Assembly (NCBI RefSeq): GCF_001194135.2
Contig: NC_068988.1
Coordinates: forward strand, 42,310,654 to 42,374,653
Source of the DNA: Octopus bimaculoides
Taxonomy: Eukaryota
Direction of reading: 5' to 3'
DNA: 64,000 nt
Shown: positions 52,236 to 64,000 of the stretch, one piece after another
Numbering within the stretch: position 1 is the stretch's first letter
Layout of the letters: every line of letters starts with the position of its first letter
Notes under the pieces: model-generated
Told to the model about the DNA's origin: nothing
Database searches by the model: none
Seen by the model: the letters and a program-made list of their open reading frames with translations, nothing else
Program-made: the position numbers and the translations under genes

Positions 52236-52837
52236 NNNNNNNNNNNNNNNNNNNNNNNNNNNNNNNNNNNNNNNNNNNNNNNNNNNNNNNNNNNNNNNNN
52301 NNNNNNNNNNNNNNNNNNNNNNNNNNNNNNNNNNNNNNNNNNNNNNNNNNNNNNNNNNNNNNNNNNNNNNNNNNNNNNNNNNNNNNNNNNNNNNNNNNNN
52401 NNNNNNNNNNNNNNNNNNNNNNNNNNNNNNNNNNNNNNNNNNNNNNNNNNNNNNNNNNNNNNNNNNNNNNNNNNNNNNNNNNNNNNNNNNNNNNNNNNNN
52501 NNNNNNNNNNNNNNNNNNNNNNNNNNNNNNNNNNNNNNNNNNNNNNNNNNNNNNNNNNNNNNNNNNNNNNNNNNNNNNNNNNNNNNNNNNNNNNNNNNNN
52601 NNNNNNNNNNNNNNNNNNNNNNNNNNNNNNNNNNNNNNNNNNNNNNNNNNNNNNNNNNNNNNNNNNNNNNNNNNNNNNNNNNNNNNNNNNNNNNNNNNNN
52701 NNNNNNNNNNNNNNNNNNNNNNNNNNNNNNNNNNNNNNNNNNNNNNNNNNNNNNNNNNNNNNNNNNNNNNNNNNNNNNNNNNNNNNNNNNNNNNNNNNNN
52801 NNNNNNNNNNNNNNNNNNNNNNNNNNNNNNNNNNNNN
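52236..52837. other. Assembly gap (others: 17153-17324, 22676-22821, 47158-47167, 62409-62800)
   Basis: Runs of N, mostly flanked by microsatellites. Confidence 0.99.
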
Positions 52838-52872
<35 letters not shown>

Positions 52873-54769
52873 GTAGTATAATTCCAGTTATTAGCCAAGT
52901 TCATCATGATGATCAGCCTGTCACTTTTTTTTTTACTAGGAGGTGGGGCAAACAGTTCTGTCTGGTGAGTGAAGTTGTGCAGAGTGGAAATAACTGAAAG
53001 GACTAAATACAAGCACTATTCTCTTTGGCCAGTTTCACAAGAAGGCGGAGGGGTGGAGAGGGAGGTACTGCCCTCCAGTAAATTTGATGAAAGGTGGAAG
53101 AGAGTAGCTAGCATGTTTCTGTACACTGTAGAATGACATTGGGGAGATGGAATTTATTCTTGGTAGTCAGGATAATCCAAGAACTGCAATGTTTCTTTGA
53201 TTTACTCAGTGGTTTTTTTTTATTTGAACATTGCTCTAGTACTTTATGTATGAAGTCCATTCTATACCACCAGCCTTCATTTTATTTCATTTAGTTTCAG
53301 AGTAAGTCTCCACACTTGCTGTAACCTGTCCCTGTAATGTTCTTTTAGTCATCACCTTTTTGGCAGCAATAAAGAATTATTATAATGTGAATTGACAATA
53401 TCTGTATAGTATTTGATGAAGTGATGTCTAATTATATTCTGTTGTTCTGAGTTCAAATCTCACCCGGATCTGATAAAATGTGTACCATTCAATTACCTAG
53501 AGTCAAGATAATCTATACCTCACCACAGAGAATTTATGGCTTTGAACTGTCACATCTTTGTTACAATACTAGGAGATATAAGTTAAAGGAACAATACTTT
53601 ATAGCATTTATGTCTCTTTATTTATTGAGTTCAAATCCTATTGAGATCAGTTTTCCCTTTCATCCTCCTAGGGTTTGACAAAATTAATATCAATCATATA
53701 TTTTTCATTAGGTATGCCTTTCAGAAAGTTCTGTGGGTTACAGGTCGCCCATGACTGCAGTAGAGTATTTTTCTTTTCTTTTTCTTCTTTCACTTGTTTC
53801 AGTCATTAGACTGAGGTCATGCTAGGGCACCACCTTGAATTTTAGTTGAACAAATCAAGCCCAGGACTTTTGTTTTGTTTTAAGCCTGGTACTTATTTTG
53901 TTGGTCTCTTTTACTGAACTGGTAAATTACAAGGACATAAACATACCAACACTGGCTGTGAAGTGATGATGGGGGGGGACACACATATATATGGTGGGCT
54001 TTTTTCAGTTTCTGTCTACCAAATCCACTCACAAGGCTTTGGTTGGACCAAGGCTGTAATAAAAAAACACTTGCCCAAGGTGCAATGCAGTGGGACTGAA
54101 CGCAGAATCGTGTGGTTGGGGATCAAAATTCTTACCACATAATCATGCCTGAATAAAATGTCTTGCACTCCAAGTACAAATTCTATCATAGTTTTGAATT
54201 TATTCTTTTAGTTTCTTTAAATCAATAAAATAAGTATCAGTTCAGTAAAGGTGACAATATTGTTGACACTCCCTGTGTTAGTTATTGATCTACTTTACAC
54301 CAAACTACTATCTGGTTTACTGAAGGAGATGGGTAATAATGGTGCTAGTCACATTTTACTTCTCTCGAAGTGGAAACGTTTCTTTACACAGGAAAATGTA
54401 AATGTTGTGTGTGTGTCGTGATGTTAATTAACTTGTGTGTATGTGTGTGTGTAGTTTGCTTTTTATCTACGTGTATGTAAATTTTACACAGGAAAATGCG
54501 AATGTTGTGTCTGTGTTGTGATGTTAATTAACTTGTGTGTGTATGTGTGTGTAGTTTATCTGTGTGTAAATGCAAGTTATGGGTGTGCTTGTTTCATTCT
54601 TACCATATCACCACTTTGTCATAATAGGTATATATATATGTGACTATGAACTAATAAATATATATTTATTATATATATATGTGTACATGTGTATGTATAT
54701 ATATATGGTGGTCTACTGCTTATATTGTGTCTATGTAAAACACATGCATACATAAACTCATAACACATG

Positions 54770-54811
<42 letters not shown>

Positions 54812-56404
54812 ATAAAAGATCATAAAGTAAAGAAGTTGTCACTCAAAAAAGAATTGTTTAAATAAATTTTATGTACTTTTTATAGTTTTACAAACTGTAT
54901 CATTTAAATGTGTACGTACGTATGTATATGTGTGTATATATTATGTATGCACACATTAATATTAGTCAGCTCTGTAACTGGATAAAATGTGTTTGTACAT
55001 TTGCTTGTATATAAGTACATTTGCTGTAACAGTGACCCAGGAGCTGTGTATACACACCTGTTGAGTGTTCTCTACATTCAGCTGTTAAAGAATGCCAAAA
55101 ATGCTGTGTGTTTGTATCTACATGGGAGGCAGGTATGGGAGTGAAGACAAGTTGGACAGCCAGAGGATGGTGGTGGAGATAAACATTGGAAAGAGTTTAA
55201 GAAGTAATTGTTCATTTGGGACCGGTTAACTTATAGCTGGATAAGTGGAAGCACTAATATTTCTGCAAGTGTATCGTCTTACTTTGACTTGTTCAAACAC
55301 TAGTGCAACAGAATAGTAAGTCAGAGTCTTTTTGTTTTTTAATGTTTAGTTAGAAGAGAAGGCTTGTCCATGATAATTGTCTGCAAAATTTGTAGGAGAG
55401 AGGGATGAAGAAACCTAATGTCTGCACTTGCAACAGTGCCAGTGATTAAGGGCCAGGTGGTGATAATAAACCAGGTGATGGATTAAATCTACTATCAAGT
55501 AACTTCAGTGGAAGAATAAAGTGGTTGAACTGGTCAACACCTCTCACCTACAATGTCTAATTCATATTGTTGTCACTTAAAATTAATGGCAATAAAAGAA
55601 AAACAAAACATTCTTCTGTTACTTTCTGAAGCCTTTGTGATAGTCTTGAGAAAAATGTGGCAGTAGTCTTGGCAGATACTTGTCATACAACTGGCACCCA
55701 TGCCAGTGGTATGTAAAAGCACCCATTACACTCTTGGAGTGGTTGGCATTAGGAAGAGCATCCAGCTGTAGAAACCATGCCAAATCAGACTGGAGTCTGG
55801 TGCAGTCCCTCAGCTTGCCAGCCCTGATCAAACCATCCAACCCATGCTAGCATGGACGATGGATATTAAATGATGATGATGATGAAGTGAATTCAGATAC
55901 AATTTTCTGCAACATAACATATATCATCATCATCATCATCATTTAATGTTTGTCTTCCATGCTGGAATGGACTGGACAATTTGACAGGAGCTGGTAAGCC
56001 AGAAAGCTGCACCAGTCTCCATTCTCTGTTTTGGCCTGGTTTCTGAGGATGGATGTCTTTCTTAATGCCAATTTCTTTACTGTGTGGTACTTTGGGCAAG
56101 TGTTTTCTGTTATAGTCCTGGTCCAACCAAAGCCTTGTGAGTGGGTTTTGTAGACAGAAACTGAAAGAAGCCCATTGTGTGTGTGTATCTATATAAATAT
56201 GTTTGTGTGTACTTTCGTCTAGACAGTGGGATAGTTATAAACGAGCATCATCAAGTGATGTTTTCATTTCCAGTCTACTGTGAAAATGTGTTTGGCTCTG
56301 GTTAGCAACAGGGACATCCAGCAGTAGAAAACTACATCAGTGAGTTCCACCTGACCCAGACAAGCATGGGAAAGTGGACATTAAACCAATGATATATATA
56401 TATT

Positions 56405-56757
56405 CTTTTATTCTTTTACTTGTTTCAGTCATTTGACTGCATCAATATTGGAGCACTGCCTTGAAGGGTTTTGGTCAAACAAATCGACCCCAGGATTTTT
56501 TTAAAAACCTAGTACTTATTCTATCAGTCTCTTTTGTTGAACCACTAAGTAAGTTACAGGGACATAAACACACCAATATGCACATAAGTATACACACACA
56601 CACATATATGCATGTATATATGATAGGCTTCTTCCAGTTTCTGTCTACCAAATCCACTCACGAGGCTATAGTAGAAGGTAGTTGCCCAAGGTGCCACGTA
56701 GTGGGACTAAACCCAGAACCATGTGGTTGAGAAGCAAGCTTCTTGCTACACCTGCAC
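56405..56757 (-). mobile_element. SINE type A (older copies also at about 1440-1800 -, 6915-7235 -, 23965-24290 +, 36960-37330 +, 39790-40100 -, 42255-42580 +, 53785-54150 -, 59205-59560 -, 61455-61810 -, 63370-63475 +)
   Basis: Shared tRNA head GTGGGACTGAACCC/AACCACACAGCC and tail TTGTTTCAGTCATT motifs; some copies carry an alternative body ending in (GAT)n. Confidence 0.8.
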
Positions 56758-57014
56758 CTATATAAATATATATACATAAACATTTATACATTTCAGCCAT
56801 GTGTGAATGTGGTCATGCTAGAGCACCACTGTGTGTGTGTTTATATAATTTCCTAATGAAATTACTACAACCAATAGCCATGTTAAATATGCTATTGATA
56901 TTCAGTTTAGGTTTTTTGTAACTGTCTTTGGTATTGTTACGTACCCTTTCTCCCTCCTGATTTCCTGTTCATTGTATTACTACTTTGTGTGTGTATACTC
57001 TTTTTTTTTTTTTT

Positions 57015-57414
57015 TACTCTTTTTACTTGTTTCAGTCATTTGACTGTGGCCATGCTGGGGCACCGCCTTTTAGTCGAGCAAATCGACCCCAGGACTTATT
57101 CTTTGGATGCCTAGTACTTATTCTATCGGTCTCTTTTGCCGAACCGCTAAGTTACGGGGACGTAAACACACCACCATCGGTTGTCAAGCGATGTTGGAGG
57201 GACAAACACAGACACACAAACATACACACACATACATATATACATATATACGACAGGCTTCTTTCAGATTCCGTCTACCAAATCCACTCACAAGGCTTTG
57301 GTCGGCCCGAGGCTATAGTAGAAGACACTTGCCCGAGGTGCCACGCAGTGGGACTGAACCCAGAACCATGTGGTTGGTAAGCAAGCTACTTACCACACAG
57401 CCACTCCTGCGCCT
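57015..57414 (-). mobile_element. Full-length young SINE type A
   Basis: tRNA-like head AGGCGCAGGAGTGGCTGTGTGGTAAG (A box)...GGTTCAGTCCC (B box), body, internal microsatellite, AAACAAGTAAAAAGAG tail. Confidence 0.92.
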
Positions 57415-58319
57415 GTGTAACAATCCTTTGAATTGTTGAGTATTTGTATGAATGATTGTGTGTGTGTTTGCATCTACATGTAACTAAATCTTTAAATAAG
57501 TAGTATGTGCATGCTTCTTATTTCTTGGTGTCAGTGTGGAATAAAATAGTTTCTCCCTTTTTTTGTGATAGAAGACTGGTGTACAGTTGCAGGTATTATT
57601 TTTCTTATTAACACAGTTTGTTTATTACTAAACCATTCAACCATAAGGTTAGAATGAATGCAGTTTTATCATCTTTGTAGACTGATGCAAGCGAACAGGA
57701 GTTGTTGAAAAAAACTGGTTATGTTTTAGCTGTAAGGTATTGCAAGCACACAAACATACACACATTTTACATCTGGGTTTTTTTTTTTCTTGTTTACAAA
57801 AACTGGATATATAGGTATATATTACTGTCCTATCATTGGAGAATTAGTCTTTAGATTTTCTTTCATTCACATTCTTGGCAACAGTAGCTGTTCTTCTTTA
57901 CCAGTTTCTGTCCTGAATGAAATGTAATTCTATTTTTTTCTTTTGAATTTTAATGCTAAAATTTGAACATAAAAAAAACAATGCATTTGAAAGGGTGTCA
58001 ACTGTTTTGACTGATTTTTGTGTAAACAATTACTACTAATCAATCATTTTACTATTTCTTTTCTGTTTTGCTTTCGCGAGTAAGCAAATATGAACACCTG
58101 ATCGAGTACCTATTATTGTAATGGGATTGTTGATAACAAGGCTTCCAACCATAAAAACTAAAACAAAAAATAAATATAAAATACATATACAATAAAGATT
58201 GACAGGTTTCTCTGTTTTGTAGTATTTGTAACAACAAAGGACAACATCATGTGGTATGATACTATGCTGGTGCACACTGGCCCATGCCAGATAGGGGCTA
58301 AGAACTGATTCCTTTAGAA

Positions 58320-58608
58320 CAGGGGTTTTCAAACTGTGGTCCGCGGACCACAGGGGGTCTGCAAGGACAAGACGGGGTCCATAGACAGCAAATACTTTTT
58401 ATGGGCAATTTGATTTTATATATGTTTTTTAATCGAAATCTTTTAATTGACGATAAACCTATTTGTTAAATACTGTTAAATAAATGTAAAAATATGTTAT
58501 TTTAAGCAAATATTTATGTATAAATTTCATAAGCGTTTATAAGGGGGTCCCTAAGGTAAAGCCTGAAATATAAAGGAGTCCGCAAGTCAAAAAGTTCGAA
58601 AATCCCTG
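58320..58608. mobile_element. hAT (Charlie-like) MITE, 289 bp
   Basis: TIRs CAGGGGTTTTCAAACT / CAGGGATTTTCGAACT (14/16). Perfect 8-bp TSD CTTTAGAA at 58312-58319 and 58609-58616 with central TA. Confidence 0.92.
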
Positions 58609-59571
58609 CTTTAGAACACCTAGTGCAAACTAAAATTATTTAACTAGATACATTACTGACTCTTTCTTTATATGACTTTGACAACCATTCATTTACACAT
58701 AGCTTTCTTAGCAACACCAGACTCCACTTGTAAATGAGTATCACTGCCATACAATCAATGTCATTCATCATTCATATCCAATATTCTGTGTAAAGATGTC
58801 TGGCCATGGAAAAATATTATCTGACTTGGAAACAGGTGAGGGTTGACAGTAGGAAAAGCATCCAAACATAATAAATCTACCTCAATAAACTTCCTCTCAC
58901 TCATGCAAACATGGAAGGATGGATGTTATGAGGATGATGATGGTGTGTGTGTGTGAATGTTTGTTAGTTTATGTCTCTGCGTGAATGTTTATATTCTGTG
59001 ATATCTTTGTAGGAAACTGCTTGAGCAAAAGCAGTGATGTTTTGTTGGCATTCCCTGTCAATAAATTGGTCCATAGCTTTACACTTTCTAAGTCCTTATA
59101 AAAGTCCCTTGCTTAAAAAACAGACAAGGGCTAGCAATAGGAAGAGCATCAGTAATAAGTTGTGATCTAGCATGGGAAAATGGATGTGATACAAATGAAC
59201 AATATATTTCTTTTACTTGTTTCTGACAGTTATGCTGGGGCAGTGACTTAAAAGGTTTAATTGCCCCCAGTACTTATTTTTAAACCTAGTACTTACTCCA
59301 CTGGTCTTTTTTGCCAAACTGCTAAGTTACAAGGGATGTAAACAAACTGACACCAGTTGTCAAGTGGGGAGCTGGCAGGTGGACAAACACAAGCACAATT
59401 ACACACACATACACCTACATGATGGGCTTCTTTCAATTTCTGCCTTCTAGATCCACTCAGAAAGTTTTGGTTGGGCAGAGGCTATTGTAGAAGACTGTTG
59501 CCCTTGGTGGTGTGCAATGGGATTGAACTTAAGACCACATAGTTGGGAAGTAAGCTTCTTAAAAACATAGC

Positions 59572-59962
59572 TAGCTTCCATGCCAGTGGCACATAAATAG
59601 CACCATTTGAGCGTGATCATTACCAGTGTTGCCTTACTGGCACTTGTGCTGGTGGCACACAAAAAAGCATTTGAGCGAGGTCGTGTGCCAGTGCCGCTGG
59701 ACTGGTTGCTGTGCAGGTGGCATGTAAAAAACACCATTTTAAGAGTGGCCGTTGCCAGTACCACCTGACTGGCCCTCGTGCCGCTGGCACGTAAAAGCTC
59801 CCACTACACCCTTGGAGTGGTTGGCGTTAGGAAGGGCATCCAGCTGTAGAAACTCTGCCAGATCAGATTGGAACCTGGTGCAGCCTTCTGGTTCGCCAGT
59901 CCTCAGTCAAATCGTACAACCCATGCTAGCATGGAAGCCGGACGTTAAACAATGATGATGAT
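59572..59962 (+). mobile_element. RTE 3' UTR copy (further copies at about 42890-43078 +, 55680-55885 +, 55922-56075 -, 60520-60720 -)
   Basis: Four modules plus core plus GATGATGAT tail. Confidence 0.85.
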
Positions 59963-61039
59963 AGCCATAATATTAATTTTTTTTTAAACAGATTTTTTTT
60001 CTCTAATTCCAACCAAAATGGTATGGAGAAAGTTCCATTTTTTATGTGAAACCAACTCATTTACAAACAAGAAAGACTAGAAGTCTTTGTTGTCTGTTCT
60101 TTTTAAATTTCTAAAATGTAGGTCAATTTTCTCCAACAAACATTACCATCACCACCACTACTACTACTACTACTGCTGCTGCTGCTACTACTAGCCAGTC
60201 TTGAGACAGACTACATCTTTCATTGAAATCAGAAGTATTGGTGGTGGGTGGTGTTGTCAAAACGTCTTATTTGACAGCAATCACTTGTTTCAGTTTAGTG
60301 TGTAGAAGGAGAGAGTAGTGGAAAGTGAGGGTGTGTTTGTTTGGCAAAATGTCTGTTCTGTTGTAATCTAAGCTGTTCATTCATTAGTGTGGAATTATGA
60401 AGAAACAAGAAAGCTCACGTTGGGTATATTTAGTTTTAGTGTTGTCTACTTCAAAGAGGTCTTTAAAAGTCTTATAAAATGTATATTACGATTTCGAAAG
60501 AGTTGCCACATACACACATTATCATCATCATCATTTTACATCCATATTCCATGATAGCATGGAATGGACAGTTTGACAAAGATCTAATGAGTTGAAGGAC
60601 TTCATTGTGCTCCAGTGTCCGCTTTGGTGTGGCTTCTGTGACTGATGCCCTTCCTAAAACCAACCACTTTACAATGTGTACTGGGTATTTTTTTCTTTTT
60701 TTGTGTCAACAACACTGTTGCGGTCACTATGTCGCTTTCAAGTCAATAAATCCAAGGAGGGAGGATGTTGCCTCTGTATTTTAGATGGAGGTTAAGGTAT
60801 GTTTGGAGCAGAGCAAGTTTTTGTTGTAGAAGAGCTACATGGCTGCTCACATTAAGGAGAGAGAGAGAGAGAATGAATTAGAAGTATCTCCCAGGAGGTA
60901 GTGGAGGATGTTCAGGGGCACCTTAGCTAGAAGGATCAGTAGTAAGTGGGGAAGGTAGAGGTTTGCATGAGTGACAATTATTCCGTAGCAATAATAAAAC
61001 TCCAAGTTTTGGATGTTGCGGCAGAAACCCATGCCGGCA

Positions 61040-61390
61040 TCTCTTCAGTTATCAAAAACATAACAAATATTTAGCCACATGTGAACATGATCCGAAAAGA
61101 TCAGTTCTTGAATTTAGACGTGGTGGGATCTAAGCTGCTTTTCCAGATGAGCCATCTTTGCATATCACAAAGACTGCATTTTCCACTGCCATTGGTGTAG
61201 GCCTTACACTTGGCTAATATCTTCCAATGGATGTTGTAACTGACACCTTTATCTTTTAAGGACTATATATGACTGGATAATTTGGTTGTTTTCCTTTTAT
61301 CCCAGTGCCTGAAGCTCAAGGTGTGATTATTGAACTTGGCCTTGAAATTACCTTCTGTAAGGCCCACGTATTTCTTCGGGGCAAGAGGGA
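61040..61390 (-). mobile_element. Penelope-like element, GIY-YIG C-terminus remnant (different subfamily)
   Basis: KYVGLTEGNFKAKFNNHTLSFRH...TKLSSHI*SLKDK/YNIHWKILAKCKAYTNGSGKCSLC...NSRTDLFGSCSH. Confidence 0.85.
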
Positions 61391-62335
61391 AGAGATAGGG
61401 GAAGTAGGAGGATATATAGATCTCCAGGCTTCAGTATAATGCTGTTTATGAATGTTTTATTTGTTTCAGTCATTGGACTGCAGACATACTTGGACATTGG
61501 CTTGAAGGATTTTAGTTGTGCAGATCAATTCCAGCACTTATTCTTTAAGTCTGGTACTTAGTTTTCAGTCTCTTTTGCTGAACTGCTCTGTTACAGGGAT
61601 ATAAACAAACCAACACTGGTTGTCAAAGATGCACACACACACACACACACACACTTATGATGTTACTACATACCATATGTTACTACATACCATATTCATG
61701 CACAAAGCATTGGTCAGCAACAGGCTATAGAAGACAGTTGCCCAAGATGCTGCGCAGTGGGACTGAACCCAAAATTGTGGTTGTAAAGCAAGTTTCTTAA
61801 CCACACAGTCAAGTTCATATTTATCTGTTTAGTAAGCATGTCTATCTGCCTGTTTGACTGCCAAGTTAGGCCCCATGGCAAAACCATGCAGTGTGTGTGC
61901 GTGTGCGTGTGTGTGTGTGTGGAGAAAGCAGCTTGAATTAAAGATTGAAACAAGTAACTAGTTTTGTCTCTCCTTAAAGACTTAAGAATTGCAAACCTCT
62001 GTCTCTGAAGCTGTTGCTGTTAAACAGTGTAAACAGAAGAACCTCTGATAAGAAATGCAAACGAAAATATAACAAGCATAATTTCATTTATTTTGTTGTA
62101 CAAGGTTGACAGCTGGTAATTAATAACTATAATACCACTGCAGTGTGGTTGTGAATGAATATGTTTTTGGTGTTTCTGACATTCTGCCTCAGGGCCTAAT
62201 TTCGTGAGATTAAATACATTTATTATACATATGAATATGACTCCATATATATGTGTGTGCATGTATGTATCTCTCTCTCTCTCTCTCTTTCTATCTCTAT
62301 CTCTCTTTCTCTCTCTTTCTATCTCTATCTCTCTT

Positions 62336-62408
<73 letters not shown>

Positions 62409-62800
62409 NNNNNNNNNNNNNNNNNNNNNNNNNNNNNNNNNNNNNNNNNNNNNNNNNNNNNNNNNNNNNNNNNNNNNNNNNNNNNNNNNNNNNNNNNNNN
62501 NNNNNNNNNNNNNNNNNNNNNNNNNNNNNNNNNNNNNNNNNNNNNNNNNNNNNNNNNNNNNNNNNNNNNNNNNNNNNNNNNNNNNNNNNNNNNNNNNNNN
62601 NNNNNNNNNNNNNNNNNNNNNNNNNNNNNNNNNNNNNNNNNNNNNNNNNNNNNNNNNNNNNNNNNNNNNNNNNNNNNNNNNNNNNNNNNNNNNNNNNNNN
62701 NNNNNNNNNNNNNNNNNNNNNNNNNNNNNNNNNNNNNNNNNNNNNNNNNNNNNNNNNNNNNNNNNNNNNNNNNNNNNNNNNNNNNNNNNNNNNNNNNNNN

Positions 62801-63032
62801 ATATGTATATATATATGTGTGTGTGTGTTTGTGTGTCTGTGTTTATTCCCCCATCATCGCTTGACAACCGATGCTGGTGTGTTTACGTCCCCCGTAACTT
62901 AGCGGTTCGGCAAAAAGAGACCGATAGAATAAGTACTAGGCTTCCAAAGACTGAGTCCTGGAGTCGATTTGTTCGACTAAAAGGCGGTGCTCCAGCATGG
63001 CCACAGTCAAATGACTGAAACAAGTAAAAGAG
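62801..63032 (+). mobile_element. SINE type A 3' half after gap
   Basis: CATCGCTTGACAACCGATGCTGG...GACTGAAACAAGTAAAAGAG. Confidence 0.9.
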
Positions 63033-63477
63033 TATACAGACACATAAACGTGTGTGTGTGTGTGTGTGAATGTATATACTAAACTCTTCTGTCATAAATG
63101 ACAGATGAGGTTTCGGCAGTTTCTTAGCTCAACAAACTGCACAGATGTTTTGGTCATTTCCTTATAGTGATCAAATGTTTATTATATACATTAGCTTACT
63201 CCTATCATTGCCTGTACAAGTGCATGGTATGTCACACATCAGGCGTCAGTCATTGCAGAGCAATATGAAATGAAGTGTTTTGCTCAAGAACACAATGCTC
63301 TGCACAATCTGGGAATTGAAGCCACGACCTTGCAATTGTGAGTGCAGTCTTCTAACCACTATAACCACAAAGCCACAGCATAGCTGTGTGGTAAGAAGCT
63401 TGCTTCCCAACCACATGGTTCTGGGTTCAGTTACATGGCTGCAGTTAAATGACTGAAACAAGTAAAAAAATAAAAGA

Positions 63478-64000
63478 TGGGCCATGACTGCTGAGGGCAT
63501 ACGTAAGCTTGCAAGGAATGAAGCAATATGCTCTGCTGGATGTGTAATGTCTGTGTGCATACTCGACAGAGTGTAAGTACCTTGAGAGAAAAGTTGCACC
63601 TGAGAAGCATCAGATGTGGTGTGCAAGAGAGACGATTGCGCTGGTATGGTCATGTGGCGACAATGTATGAGGATAGCTGTGTGAAAAAGTGCCACACTCT
63701 AGTGGTTGAGGGAACCTGTGGAAGAGGTAGACCCAAGAAGACCTGGGATGAGGTAGTGAAGCACGACCTTCGAACATTAGGCATCACCGAAGCAATGACT
63801 TGTGACCGAGACCTTTGAAAATATGCTGTGTGTGAGAAGACCCAACAAGCTAAGTGAGACCATAACCCGAGGCCTCTGCCAGGGGTGTAGCCAGCCCACT
63901 TATGCGTACCTTTCCTTCATTGGACACTAAACTCTGCTTGCGAAGACCCGTTGAGGCAAGTGAAATCAAAATCAAATTCAATGACTGGCATCTGTGCTAG
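63478..64000 (+). mobile_element. RTE (BovB/RTE-1-like) LINE 3' end: ORF C-terminus plus start of 3' UTR, cut by window edge
   Basis: RRLRWYGHVATMYEDSCVKKC...VEGTCGRGRPKKTWDEVVKHDLRTLG...DRDL. The following UTR (GCTTGCGAAGACCCGTTGAGGCAAGTGAAATC) matches the start of the 16020-16445 repeat. Confidence 0.9.

Noticed and set aside
51984-53012. Long ORFs of 220-295 aa (also 62204-63018, 17123-17380)
   Set aside because: They are open only because they run through N gaps and microsatellites.
59572-59830. Regularly spaced palindromic repeats that superficially resemble a CRISPR array
   Set aside because: Eukaryotic context, 'spacers' are homologous to each other, no cas genes; it is the RTE 3' UTR module array.
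60306-60324. 19-nt AG..GT segment (EGESSGK) with the phases expected for ARFGEF exon 2
   Set aside because: Weak polypyrimidine tract and no similarity to the expected EEIK sequence.

Overview
Repeat-rich, AT-rich eukaryotic DNA. The SINE repertoire, (TA)n/(CA)n density and gene sequences point to an octopod cephalopod (Octopus-like; inferred, not proven). It is a draft assembly with five N gaps. Two protein-coding genes lie head-to-head with start codons about 8 kb apart: a complete 7-exon COPS5/CSN5 on the minus strand (CDS 13797->3346, 1089 nt, 362 aa, intact JAMM motif) and the first coding exon of an ARFGEF1/2 (BIG1/BIG2, Sec71-type) gene on the plus strand (21777-21900). No further ARFGEF exon was recognised in the following 42 kb. 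The rest is transposable-element debris: tRNA-derived SINEs of at least four types, RTE, CR1/L2-like and Penelope-like retroelement remnants, a DD37D (maT) Tc1/mariner copy in COPS5 intron 3, a mariner fragment, hAT and Sola-like MITEs with intact TSDs, several long fold-back palindromes, and a 30-bp minisatellite. Leads most worth following: (1) a ~66-nt hairpin plus H-type-pseudoknot module repeated in tandem in the RTE 3' UTR; (2) a CpG-retaining island deep in ARFGEF intron 1 with a phase-compatible candidate alternative first exon; (3) COPS5-ARFGEF linkage that is also seen in human 8q13; (4) an 839-bp fold-back element with embedded telomere-type repeats. Exon coordinates were read base by base. 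Boundaries of degraded repeats are approximate. No database searches were run.
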